A stretch of 63,946 nt of DNA, counting the filler, from Choristocarpus tenellus KU-1152 (taxonomy: Eukaryota; Protista; Phaeophyceae), in the NCBI GenBank assembly GCA_964200185.2. It is 13 parts of 13 records of this genome, joined end to end, with 100 filler letters (N's around TTAATTAATTAA, not from the genome) between each part and the next. Parts side by side here need not be neighbours in the genome. Positions count along the whole stretch, not along the records: positions 9,691 to 13,994 come from CAXNAD020015201.1; positions 14,095 to 23,411 come from CAXNAD020003789.1; positions 23,512 to 26,812 come from CAXNAD020020934.1; 10 more parts are not named here. One strand, given 5' to 3'. A program made the translations under genes and the position numbers. Positions 12,246 to 24,308 of this stretch are shown here, one piece after another (the first letter of the stretch is position 1; every line of letters begins with the position of its first letter). The notes beneath the pieces are model-generated. The model was not told where the DNA came from, ran no database searches, and saw only the letters and a program-made list of their open reading frames with translations.

Positions 12246-13107
12246 CCTTGCCAACTATTCGCGACCCAGCTTGGTATCCTCTCTAAACTTGTTGGCTGCC
12301 CGCAATGATTGCCCTGGTAGACTCCCGCCGATTGTTTCATTGGGTCCATGAGTAACCAAATCGGAAGAGGGAAGGGGTAGCATGGAACAAGGAGCGTCGG
12401 TCAAAAGAGACGAGACGGCAAACTTAGTGTGCGACAGCTATGTTTATGTCTATGAAGGAGGACACATCAGATAAGTGATAACCGTTGGCACGGCAGACTT
12501 TCGGTCAGGATCACAACTTTACCAGACACAACAGTGGGTACGGACGACTCAGAGACACCGACACAACCCTGAACTCTGAAAATAAACAGTCAACGTACCT
12601 CGAATTCGAAACGAATTCAGAGTTTGCAGAGGCAAGAGTGGATTGCACAAGCTTCTTTCCTTTTTCCACAATGCAGGGGATACGACCAAAGTAACCACTA
12701 ACGTGGCGTAATGTCTTCAACCTCTCCATACCACACTTTCAATGATTTAGACACAAACTAGAATTGGCACAGTCGTAGAAATTTCCATGAATTGGATGTA
12801 TGAGATGAAACATGACAACACTACAATTTCTTTTCTATGTTTGTGAATCTTCGCAACAATATTTCTGTGATAATTCGTGGTGTTGCAGATCGTTCTAATT
12901 GAATGAGAAAAAATTCAAATTCAAACCCACGGCACACTTAACCAAACCAAAGTTCTTGGAACTGATTGCTTATTTTCTTTTGCTGACTAATTCTGGATTA
13001 TTATAAACTATTCTTTTGTTTGTATTGCACCCATTCTACTTCCCCCATCATCGCTTGTGACCAACTACTACGTCCCCTCTCTTTGTCACCGATTTTCAGC
13101 TACCAGC

Positions 13108-13215
13108 GGGGCAAAGTATCTGTGGGGGGGGGGTGACGGCTGTCCATTTGGGGACCATTTTTCCATGTTGCATTTTTTGGGCGATTTTATTGCATGGGTT
13201 GGATGGATAATGTAT
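13108..13215 (+). mobile_element. MITE family B, 5' part
   Basis: GGGGCAAAGTATCTGTGGGGGG…TTGGATGGATAATG matches the first ~105 bp of 3714-3886. Confidence 0.75.
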
Positions 13216-14094
13216 TATATATACGCACATGTTGTCGAATAACCTAGTGTTATCCTTACGTTATCTGTGCTGATCAAGTATATATTATAGGTTTTATGTA
13301 CGTTGATCTTTAGTTCGGCACAATACAAAGTAGTGACGTTCACAGCGGAACGTTATGATGGGCCAATGGAACATTACAAATGGTTTAGTGGGACAATAGC
13401 AGTAATATAGTTATATTGGACACCAAGTAGACAATACCCTACGGACAATAAATAATTCAGTGTGTGCTTTACCATGTAATTCAACTGTTAGCTTCCGGCG
13501 ACGAGCCTTACATGCACCAAGTTTTTAAACACATGTGTATCATCTACCTTAGCATCCTTGTGCTCAGAAAGTATGGAAAAATACACGGTCATTGACTCGT
13601 GTCATAGTTATTGCTTCGATTTGATGAAGTGAATTAAAGGTCTCAGTGATATAAAAACGATTTGGTTGTATGTGTCGAATTGATAATGTATTTTATATAC
13701 GCGCGTGTATCTACCTTGGCATCCTTGCTCTGAGGAAGTACAGAAATATACACAGTCATTGATTTGTGTCAGTTATTATTTTTTTTATCAAGTAAAATGA
13801 ATGATCTTGTGAGAGCCATATTTCACGGAAGGTATACCCTGAAGGTAACCTATCTTGAACACCATGTAGAAGGGGTATACCCTGAAGGTGATCTATCTTG
13901 AACATCATGATATTCATGTTACTTTTGTTTTTGCATGTTGAAGGTAACATCTGCTTGAAGTAAGATTGGGTGATTTGGAGTGCCCTCCAAATCCNNNNNN
14001 NNNNNNNNNNNNNNNNNNNNNNNNNNNNNNNNNNNNNNTTAATTAATTAANNNNNNNNNNNNNNNNNNNNNNNNNNNNNNNNNNNNNNNNNNNN

Positions 14095-14331
14095 GTAGAG
14101 TCGCGTCCATTTGGGGGCCAAAATCCAATGTTGCGATTTTTACGTAATTTTGGCTATCATTTTTGTTAGGAATTGTCAATATCCTTGTTCCAGACATCGT
14201 TTTATAATGTTTACATTTTACCTACTCCGAAATATTTTGGAGTAAGGAAATGTCATAAAACCTCCCGCGGGAAGCCAAGCCCCAAATGGACAAACAGGGC
14301 AAAACTCGTACCCTCTAGAATACTTTCACTC
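14095..14331 (+). mobile_element. MITE family A (truncated by contig start)
   Basis: Family A body ending …AAAACTCGTACCCTCTAGAATACTTTCACTC. Confidence 0.9.
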
Positions 14332-14339
14332 AATATCAA

Positions 14340-15670
14340 AGTTGACATTGGGTCTGTGTAGGTACAAAAACTCAGTTATCAATTCTAAACCTTGTCCTAC
14401 TGCAGCCTCCCGTGGAAACATTATAGGGTACTTTCTCCTGCAAGTCCTTAGCGATGTCCCATTGCGCCTCCCACAATCCATGAAATGGCAGGGTCCTTAG
14501 CAATACATCCAGCGTCTCCTACAATCAACGAAACTTCCCTAGTACATCACAACTGCAGATCACTGGAACAAAGATCCTACCTCATATCTACCTCCCTATT
14601 GTAGCCTCCGGTGGAAACATTATGGGGTACTTTCTCCTGCAAGTCCTTAGCGATGTCCCATTGCATCTCCCACAATCCATGAAATGGCAAGGTCCTTAGC
14701 AATACATCCAGCGTCTCCTACAATCAACAAAACTTCCCCAGTACATCACCACTACAAATCTTCGGAACAACGTAATATGGTGGAACTGTCACTTCCTACC
14801 TATCCTATCACAATCTCTACGAACAAATTCTGGGGTGTTTTTTTCTGTGGGTCCTTAGCCATACCAAAATGCGTCTCCCAAGATCCTGGAGATATCCCTA
14901 GTGTCACGTCTAAAGTGAATACTTGGAAAAAAGTAGCACTAACATTTAACATACCACTGAAATACCATACACACAAAAACGAGGAAAACCTCTCGCTGAC
15001 TAAAGTCAGTCTGCATACAACATCACAGCTGTCACTTGACTACTGTGGGTATGCACTAAAATACAGAAGAGATGGGGGACAGACTCAAATTTAAACATTT
15101 GGAAAGACACACACAAAAGAAGACAGTCATAGGGAAAAACGATCAGATTCGCCAAAATAAGAACCGATGAATCCTTCTAACCTTTCCATCCTATCGGCAA
15201 GATCCTCTTGGTTCAATGACGGAGGAGAAGCTGTCGATACCATGTTAGTGTACTTATCCCCTCTCCTTGAGGGTTTTCTGGTCTTCTCCCTAGCTCGAAC
15301 AGTCAGGGGACATTCATCATAGTCATGTCCTATCCCCCTGCACCTGCGTGTCGTCCCCTGTCCAGGTCGGGGCAGTCACTTCTCGCGTGGCCATCTTTGC
15401 CACATATGTAACAGACAATGCGCCCCTTCCCGCGCCCCTTTCTGCCAGCAGCTTTACTACTCACCCTCCTTTCTGAAGCAAGGGCGTGATCATTCGGTTT
15501 TCACCATCCATCTCCACGATTGGAGAGTTTAAGCGCTGATACATCTGGCAAACCCTCTCCTAATGTTGTCGTGGCTGCTGGAGCACTCGAGCACTATCCT
15601 TTGAACTTGGGTGCAGCCTTCCTTGACTCCACATCCAAATCGACCCTTCACAAACTATGTCAGGGTCTTT
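14340..15670 (-). mobile_element. Decayed LTR retrotransposon gag-(pol) remnant, probably Copia-like
   Basis: Minus strand ~15305-15415 encodes CYICGKDGHARSDCP (intact CX2CX4HX4C) and, frameshifted, RCRGIGHDYDECP (second knuckle); contains a ~200-bp internal direct duplication. Confidence 0.6.
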
Positions 15671-15687
15671 GCAAAAGAGAGCTACTC

Positions 15688-15906
15688 AAATAGAGTATTT
15701 TGCTTTATGTGGTATGGATGTGTTCATTAGCGGAGTGAGTACTATCCCTTGAGGTGGGAATTCCTATTTAGAGTATTTTGCTTTATGTGGTATGGATGTG
15801 TTTATTTGCGGAGTGAGTACTATCCCTTGAGGTGGGAATAGAGTATTTTGCTTTATGTGGTATGGATGTGTTTATTAGCGGAGTGGGTACTATCCCTTGA
15901 GGTGGG
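15688..15906. repeat. Tandem repeat, 3 units of ~68-77 bp
   Basis: TAGAGTATTTTGCTTTATGTGGTATGGATGTGTT(C/T)ATT(A/T)GCGGAGTG(A/G)GTACTATCCCTTGAGGTGGG three times, near-identical. Confidence 0.9.
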
Positions 15907-16299
15907 GGGCGCTCTCTCTTATTACCATATTGCACACGTCAGCTGACACATCAGCTGACATATCAGCTGACACATCAAAATGTCTCCTGACGTTGGTCGC
16001 ACTATTTCAGTTATCCTCTGTAACTAGTATTACATCTGTATCCTCCATCAATCCATTTATATCAAGTAATAAGAAATCAACCATCTGACATTCGAACTTA
16101 CTACTCTACGCACACGAAAACAGATCAATGACACTTATTCCACTTAGTCAACATATCTATTGCCTAGTAGTGGTCACTAAACACCTATAAACCATATGGA
16201 CTACCAGCCTATATAGCACAGTGTCAAGTAGCGCAAAGTCGCAGCTACAAACATTTCGGATGACCTAAGAATGAACCGCAAAACCGAAGAAATCCACTC

Positions 16300-18300
16300 C
16301 CTACTTCCCAGAAAACGTGGGGAGGTTGGCGACCCTGATGTGGTTGCCGGCAGATGTCTTGTACACATTAACAATGCTCATTGCCAGTCTTGTCGCTTCG
16401 CACAACATCCCAGGAATATTCGGTCCACTACGTAGCGTGTTGAAGTATTCCACACTGGACCCACAGCTTTGGTGCTTTAATGAAGGACAAAGAAACAGCT
16501 TGGTGTAGATGAGCAAAGTTAATACTACAATGAGCTTGTGGTCTCGATTTCGCTGACTGAATATGTGGGTGAGACTCTAGCCTAAACTACCATTATTATT
16601 CTACAGTGTGGGGTTTGTAATTGTCCACACTAATTTACTATAAATAACCTATTTACTTGTCTTAAGTATAGGAAGTGTATCTTGATCATGATATAAAAAC
16701 CAATCAACACTATGAGTCAGTACATATAATATATCTATCACTGGCTCTCCATCCTATTGTGGTGTTTACGTGTATCAGCAGCACTATCTACGAACAAACG
16801 TCCCTGAGAGGATACGTTCCTCTAGCTGGAAAGAAGCACTGGTATAAAGTTTGAGCCTCAAGCTCCAAGACTTGGCTTCACGGTACCATTGGAAATGTGG
16901 TCAATCCATCTTGGTGAGACCACCCTGTGCTTCCCTCAAGAGATGTGTCAAATGCTGTAAATGGTGTAGTCGTCGGTTCCAATCTGTACCCTGTTTTAAA
17001 CGTGTGCACAGGGGGGATATAAAATATTGATGTCGTGTATGTGATTGTTGTTGTATTTCGAGGAGAGTGTACACAAATTGTCGGGGTGAAGGAGGAGAGT
17101 GTAGGCAGGAAGAATATAAGCGCTTTTTTGCTTTCCTACAAAGATTGTAATACAGTACTTCTGAGCGTGTTACTGACACAGTGCATCCGGGTGGTGCACC
17201 CTTTTATTGGTGTTAGAGTCAAGGAGTGCATACCCTCAGTGGAATCGAGAAAAGTGATCGGGTCGTGGGGCAGGGCCGTGCTGTTGCTCTCCCAGACGGT
17301 TAGACAAAGGACATGTGTTTCGGGGTGCTGCACATCGAACCGTCACGAGGAACTGTCTCTTGTCGCGTCGAATATCCTTGCCCTGTCCTTGTTCAACCTA
17401 ACAATCACGACCGAGAAGAAGGAGGGAATTTTGGATGAAGTGGTGGATGTTGCTTTTTTGGGGGGGGGATGTGTTGAAAATGTTTTAGGAGTGTATAGGA
17501 TACGGCGTTCCGTGTTCGAACCCTGGTTGAAGAAATTGTTTTTAGGGGGTTGCTGGATTTCTGGGTTCGAACTTTGGCCTTAAGAAAACTTATTCCATGA
17601 AGATACTGTTTTTACGGGGTTTGCTGGATTTCTGGGTTCGAGCCTTAGCTTTCAAAAAACATATCCCGTTGGGGTGGATACCCTAACTTGCCTGGTGGAG
17701 GGTGGTGCAGAGGCCTGTATGTCTTCTGTGTGGGAAGTGAGACATGACTCTCCAATACAATCTACGGACATGGCACTAAAGCGCTCCCTGTCATGGATGA
17801 ATCATGTGCGCTTAGCTGCCGAGGATCTGAGGATGTCGATCTTGATGTTTTATCTCTTGGCCTTGTTGGACAGACTGGGTTGGTACGTGGACGTCACCCC
17901 ATCGTCCAGCACTTTAACATCGGGAGCAATGGCCGCGAGGATTGAGCTGTACACCTATCGAGTGTGTTCTGTGTTAAGGTCTCTTCAACAATTCGAGGAA
18001 GGTCTTGACCTGTATGTCGGTTGCAGATGTGCGTATCTCCTCGGACATTAACTCTCGCAGTGCCCTTACCAATGGCACAAACTTCTTTATCCTCGTCCAA
18101 AAACCAAGCGGCGAGGTCCTTCCAAGTATATCTGTCTCCTTCTCCCTCATTCTGCCCATATTGGTCGACAAACATGGAGCAGAATCATAGGCGGAGGATT
18201 TTATCTGTCTTGGAATTCTTCCATGACCGGAGAGTGCTGCTATTGGTTGGTCTCCCAACCTCCCATTTCGTGAAAAGGGGGATAGAGGAGTGGAGAGAAG
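16300..18300 (-). mobile_element. Decayed Ty3/Gypsy-like gag-protease remnant
   Basis: RYTWKDLAAWFLDE (retrotransposon gag TWxxLxxxFL-like, ~18095-18135) followed downstream by PITFLDSTEG (aspartic-protease-like, ~17230-17260); frameshifted. Confidence 0.3.
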
Positions 18301-18604
18301 TAAGCTGTCTGGGCGGGATGCCGGATGAGATATGTAATTCAGAAGAGATGAGGAACATGTGTTTGTTATTGCTTCCAATGCACGCGAACCCTAAAAAAAA
18401 TTATCTTGCCATTGACGAAAAGCATAGAGTATGTTCTCTACCCACAAAAACGTGTTTGAGGTAGAAGTGTTTATGGGCATGCTACATAATTTCCTCTGGT
18501 TCAATCGTCCGGATAAAGGTATGTATGTATAAAGGGTTGTTTTTGATGATAAGCAAAGCTGGTCTGTTTAATTGTTACTTTTATGGCGTCAGCTGACGTG
18601 TTTT

Positions 18605-19030
18605 GAGAGAAAATGCGCATCGTGTGCGTGTTTGACGAAAAACAAATTACGTATGGCCTGTTGAATTACTTACCAAAAAATGCCGGTCGATGTACTTTGA
18701 CAGGAAATGCACATCGGGTGTGTGTTTGAGGAAAAAGACAATAGATTTATCCTGTCCTCATAAAACCACATCTTTCTCAAGAGTTATCAGCCTTACTTCT
18801 ATGAAGCACTGAGGCCGTTTTTTTCTTCAATTTCCATTCGGAGGTTGTTTGCATGGAATTATCTATTTTTGTGAAATACTCTTCTTGTACTTGTGTCGCT
18901 CGATCCACTTACCAAACAATGCCGGCCGACGTTGTTTGACAGAAAATGCGCATCGGGTGCGTGTTTGAGGAAAAAGACGATAGGTTTATCCTGTCTTCAT
19001 AAAAACACATCTTTCTCCAGAGTTATTTGC
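18605..19030. repeat. Imperfect direct repeats (GAAAATGCGCATCGGGTGCGTGTTTGAGGAAAAAGAC…)
   Basis: Motif at ~18608, ~18702 and ~18941; the last two share ~100 bp. Confidence 0.7.
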
Positions 19031-19509
19031 ACTTTTCCATCTTCCGATATTTGGGTTTTTTGGAGGACTGGTGTGTTCCTTTCGTGAACAATCAAGTGTC
19101 GTTGTCCAATGGAGCATCATTATTGGTTGATGGTTTCCGAGCTGATCTTATTTGCTTTGACGAAGTCAATTCAATTCCCTTCAACACCAGACCTCTTTTC
19201 TAGTATATATGGTCTCGATGACAACATTCCATATTGCACCCACAACTGACTGCACACGTGTAGAATTCAAGTCATTATCCTATTTGTGCAATGCCACATA
19301 AACCCTAGACATTGACCAAGATGGAAAACTTCAGGACGGGTCCAACAAAAAATTCTAAAGGGAGGAGACGGAGTGATGAGGGAAGATATGGGGGAAGTCC
19401 TGTACCAATGCGCGCAACTAGTAAGATGGGAATAAAGGCAGAAGCATTAGGCGAGGGGGTATCCTGTACAAACGTGTGCGAGAATTAAGGCTGGAATGGA
19501 GCCAGAACA

Positions 19510-19766
19510 GGGTGAACGTATCTTAGAGGGTATGAGTTTTGCCCTGTTTGTCCGTTTGGGGTTTGACTTCCCATAGGTTTTATGACATTTTACCTACTCT
19601 GAAATGTTTCAGAGTAGGTAAAATGTATACGTTATGAAAAGGTGTGTCCTGAACAAGGATATTGGCACTTCCTAACAAACACGATAGTCAAAATTACATC
19701 AAAATCGTATCATTGGATTTAAACCCCTAAACGGACGCGACTCTACCCTCTAAGATACTTTAACTC
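19510..19766 (-). mobile_element. MITE family A
   Basis: Both TIRs present; 3-bp TSD ACA. Confidence 0.9.
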
Positions 19767-20693
19767 ACAATTATTTCAGAGGTGGGAGTGTTGTACCCAA
19801 TGCATGCAAGAAGTAAGGTAAGAACAGATGCAGTACAATTGGGCGCAGTACAACAGTTAGTAGTTATGGGAACTAGTGTAGTGTGTAATATAGGGGTCGA
19901 GATTATCCCTGACTAAAGTCAACAAAAATATATAAAATGAAATGAAATACCTGACGCACTATAGTGTTGGCAAGTCACCTCTAGGACAGAATTTATCCTG
20001 CTCTAACTTTTGATCGGAGTGGAGTATTTCGGTGAAATAAAGGTTGATGTGACCCTTGAATCACTCGTAACAACATTAGATATATTTGGAGTTGGTTGTG
20101 GTGCGATGGGCGAGAGAGCGATTTTCCTCACTAAAATCAAGTTACTTAGACGTCCATCCGTCCGTCCGTCATCCAGTATATGGGTTGGAGGGCTGTTTCT
20201 CCTCTCCCAGGAGGAATATTTTTCACAGGAGAAGAGGAGTCGTGATCCTCCATGTCTGATCTGTCCACGTGCAATCCTAAACTCTTCATTATTATTGTAG
20301 CTCCACTTTTTTGTGCCTAAAAGCTCATCAGACAACAGTCAGGCAGCTAGCCCTCATCATTGAGCTTGACCAAGAATACACGCTCTCCGTCGTAGTTGTG
20401 ACTCCTCTTTGATTTCTTTTTTCGCAGTGATTGACTGATCCACTCGATCAAGCACGAGTCCCCCTCTCGACACACGGCAACCACCAGCGCGTACGCTCTG
20501 CACAATCTCTTCCTTCGTCTTCTGTGAAACTTGAAGCCTGGAGGTAGAGACTGCACGGCGATATCCAGCATGTCCTTCGACAGAGGGGCTTCCACAGTCA
20601 TTGTGCCGAGTAATGCGTGGACAATCTACATTGTAGTGGGCTGCGTGCAAAACTCAAGGTCCGAAAGCCTCGCACAGCGTATTGATATCAGTT

Positions 20694-21009
20694 ACCGGTT
20701 TTTCGTAGATTTCGAGGTGGATGCAAGGTATCCTGGTGGTGATCAGCACATCAAATTAAAACTGAGATTATAAGCAGTCGATTGACCAAAAGAAATTTGG
20801 TCGCAAAAAAAAAAATCTTGATATGATTTTCAGTGATTTTCATATTTTCGTCTTCAACCAAACCTTTCGACATTTACTACCTCAACACAAAGTAATTTGC
20901 AACCAAATTTATTCGCCCCAATCGACGGCATTTGATCTCAGCTTTAATTTGATGTTCTGATCACCGATCAGGACGCTTTGCACCACCTCAAAAATTATCA
21001 AGGCCGGTC
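20694..21009. mobile_element. Foldback element/MITE with ~115-bp imperfect inverted arms
   Basis: ACCGG…GAGGTGGATGCAAGG…GGTGATCAGCACATCAAATTAAAACTGAGAT…AAATTTGGTCGCAAA (20694-~20808) is the reverse complement of ~20896-21009. Confidence 0.75.
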
Positions 21010-21179
21010 TTATTCTAGAGGGGACTGCCAACACCGTGAAGTTGTTTGAAGTGAACGTCTCAGAAATATCTTAGAGGAAAGAAAATTTGCTGCGGTAGAC
21101 GATTAACCCACCTCGTTCAGACGGAGAAAAAGAAGAATGTAGGGAGAGTGGACAAAGGATAAAGATCGGGGTCAGGGCC

Positions 21180-22940
21180 ACAAGATGGACCCCCTTGGCC
21201 CCCTACTATATTGTATGGCGACCGCCAAAGCCCTACAGCGGGACCAGTCTACCTTTGGATCCCAGGGGGTTCCTCCCGAAGCTATCTGAATGACACCTCC
21301 ATTTCGGCGAGGGAGATTAACCTCACACCATACCTGCTTTTGAGCAGCTAACAACTGATCTTCAGGAGATAGACATCCCCCTGAACATGGACAACATCTT
21401 TGCCGCACCCCCCCAGGGCCACCAACCTACGCCCTCAGAACTGGAGCTTCTATCCACAGTGGGAATCAACTGGCCCCGAACCCAAACGGGTTTGTTACAT
21501 GTGGGAACAGATTAAATCATCCAAGCCCACATGGCTGAGGTCATCTACGCGAGGCCCACAATAAGGACCCTAAGATCATCCGTTTACACCCTCCTCTCTA
21601 CAGGATTCCCTTCAGAAGACTTAGCGGAAAACATTGGCCAAGGCTGGGTAACCTGGGGGGGAACAACATCGCCCACACCGGCCCCAGAGGTCCACACTCT
21701 GGCAGCCCATGATGCCAGGGTTACAAGGAGGGCACAACATGAGATCTCCCGTCTCCTGAACAAGATCCTCTTCGACTTTTTCCGGACCCAATCGATCCCT
21801 TACCTGATGCAGTGAGCAAGAGAAGGAAAGTTCCATGCTGGCCCTGGCACGCCACTGGAGCCAATGTGGGTAAGGGGCAAATGCATGGGCCTCAACATAA
21901 CCCCTGGAGCTGGCATGCCAGATACTCCCTATTGAGTTTGAAGTCACTGCTAGCAGATCCCCAGCGAAAGAGGAGGTCCTATCGAACAAGTGCTCGGTGA
22001 CTGGTTGCAGGAGGCAAAACGTAGACACCAGACATCCTCGAACGTGCCCAAGGGCTGGAGGACAGTTTCGCCAACACATACCGACGAGTCAAAGTATCTC
22101 AGAGGGTAGAACCGCGTCCGTTTGGGGGTCAAAATGGAATGTTGCGATTTAGCTGTAATTTTGGCTATCATGCTTGTTTCAAAGTGTCGATATATCCTTG
22201 TTCTGGACGTACACATGATACCTATTCCAAAACGTATACATTGCACCTACTCCGAAATGTTTTGGAGTAGGAAAAATGTAATAAACGTGGAAAGTCAAGC
22301 TCAAAACGGACAAACAGGGCAAAACTCGTACCCTCTAAGATACTTTCACTCTGATGGTGAAAGATCTGGTTCAACTTTGCAAAGGAATTGGCATCCCCTG
22401 CACTATGGAGGATGGCAGCCCATTCACAGTAGATAGGAATCTCCCCGTGGATCTGATCTTCCGTGCAGGGGCACTTGTGAAGGTCGGATCAACTCCCTAC
22501 CGAGACAAAGGCCTCCTCCTCAATGATACGTTTGCAGAAGTACAAGTGGCCTCCCACTTCCGACACTCATCCACCAGCAGTGATGTAGCTGCTACTGCAG
22601 CTGAGGCGTGAAGGCGCACCCACTACAAGGGATCTTCTGACCCCCGTAATTTAACCCCAACACCTTCGCGGTGGAACGTTTTGGGTGCCTTGATAAGCAA
22701 GCGGAACGTTTTCTGGGTGAGCTAGCTACGCACGCGGTAGGGGGGAGACGGACAGGAGGCTACGGCAGGAAAGGGACGGTCAAATCCTGTCTATGCCAGA
22801 TAGTCTCAGTGACAACGCAAGTAGCACTATCTCGACGTATCGTGCGTCTTAAGCTGGAGACACCAGGGAGATAGGCAAAGAAGGGCTTCTTAGATCATTG
22901 GGCTGCTTCCCTAGCTCCTCACCCTGGGGTAGAGGTCTAA
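21180..22940 (+). mobile_element. CRE-clade non-LTR retrotransposon, 3' part (zinc knuckle plus restriction-like endonuclease), decayed
   Basis: LARHWSQCGxGANAW, GCRRQNVDTRHPRTC…QH (CCHC), NLPVDLIFR…LLLNDTF, AATAAEAxRRTHY, PFAVERFGCLDKQAERFLGELA…IVSVTTQVALSRR: the typical CRE-type RLE C-terminus. Stops present; interrupted by MITE A. Confidence 0.8.
22086..22351 (+). mobile_element. MITE family A nested in the CRE-like LINE
   Basis: GAGTCAAAGTATCTCAGAGGGTA…TACCCTCTAAGATACTTTCACTC; flanks CGAC/TGAT. Confidence 0.9.
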
Positions 22941-24155
22941 GTTAGGTTGGAGGTACAGGAAGGTAGTGGTCATGCATAACTAGTAGTAAAATAGTAGATT
23001 GATTAATGTCTTTTCACATTTCACGACAACTGGCTTCCTTAGGGATTTTTCTGACATGTGAATAGTTTTCATTGGTTTTTCCCCTGACACATCTGCAAAA
23101 TATCAGAGAGGGCATAATGAAAAAAATAAAGATCGATACCTCAAGGCAGATTTGAAAATTGAGAAAGTTTATCGAATGAGTAACGTTGAGGTGGATAGGG
23201 TAGGAAGAGGGTGGACAGACTAAAATGATGGAGTCCAGATTTTCGCAAGGGGTAGGGGGGAAGGCTCAAGGCAACTACTGAGGAACCTTTCCCACAAGGG
23301 AGAGGGGGAGTGTCTAGCAATAGAGGTTGGGATGCATGCTGAACATACAAAACGGTACAAGCAAGCTTCCTAGGTGTTCGAGGTGAAAAATTGACATTGT
23401 TTGGCGTAATANNNNNNNNNNNNNNNNNNNNNNNNNNNNNNNNNNNNNNNNNNNNTTAATTAATTAANNNNNNNNNNNNNNNNNNNNNNNNNNNNNNNNN
23501 NNNNNNNNNNNCCACCTTCGGAGGGGCGTGCGCTCCCCCCCCCCCCCCCCCCAGTGTTACTTTGATCCTGTTGTTGCTGTGCTCGGCCTGAAACATGGAA
23601 GCGTGTATTACGTGATGTGAATGTGATGTGAACATGATGTGAATAAGGACAACTTCAAGTTGTATGGGACTCACATGTTAGATACAATCTCGATTCATTT
23701 GCCGCATACTATGTTTGCAGTTATTTGTGTTAGCTCAATTACATTTTGGTGTCAAGTGTATTGCAGTGCACCTCTCCTCTTTGTTGTCACTTCTTACTGT
23801 GTACTTCATTTTGGCTTATTCCTCCTGTCCTTCCCCTGCCACCCACCTCCCCCCCATCCCATCCATTCCCCCCCATGCCATCTCTGTACTACTGTATGTT
23901 TAAAACAAAACCTTTTTTTTCTGAACATTTCCTACCCCCTCTCCCTTCTCATCACATATTCCTGTTTGTCCAAGTACCCCATAGTAACTACACATGGTGC
24001 TATGTTCATAGTATCAAACATAACCTAATTCTTGCGACAAGCTTAGCTCCCATCCTTCCGCCCTCCATCCCACCCATCCTAACCTCCCTCCCACATTTTG
24101 TGGGTGCCTGCTTGCCTGTTTGTGTACCATACCCTGCATGGTAACATGTGTACAG

Positions 24156-24308
24156 GAGAGGAATGCCAGGGGCACGAGTAGGAATGCTGTGGGGGGCGGA
24201 GGAGGTGGGGCAGGGGGGAGGGGCCGGCGCCGAGGTGGCCCATTGGAAGATGAAAGTGAGGAGAGTTTGGGAGACGATGATGGATCAGAGTCGGAGGGGG
24301 AGGATGAG
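24156..24308 (+). CDS. Isolated internal coding exon, Gly/Arg- then acidic low-complexity (ERNARG…ESEGEDE)
   Basis: TACAG acceptor, 153 nt open in phase 0, GAG|GTGAGG donor; GC-rich relative to flanks. Confidence 0.5.

Noticed and set aside
15688-15906. 68-bp trimer as a possible CRISPR array
   Set aside because: The whole unit repeats; there is no repeat-spacer alternation.
17555-17650. GGGTTCGA motifs resembling tRNA T-loop/B-box
   Set aside because: No A-box or cloverleaf; part of a short duplicated segment inside the retroelement remnant.
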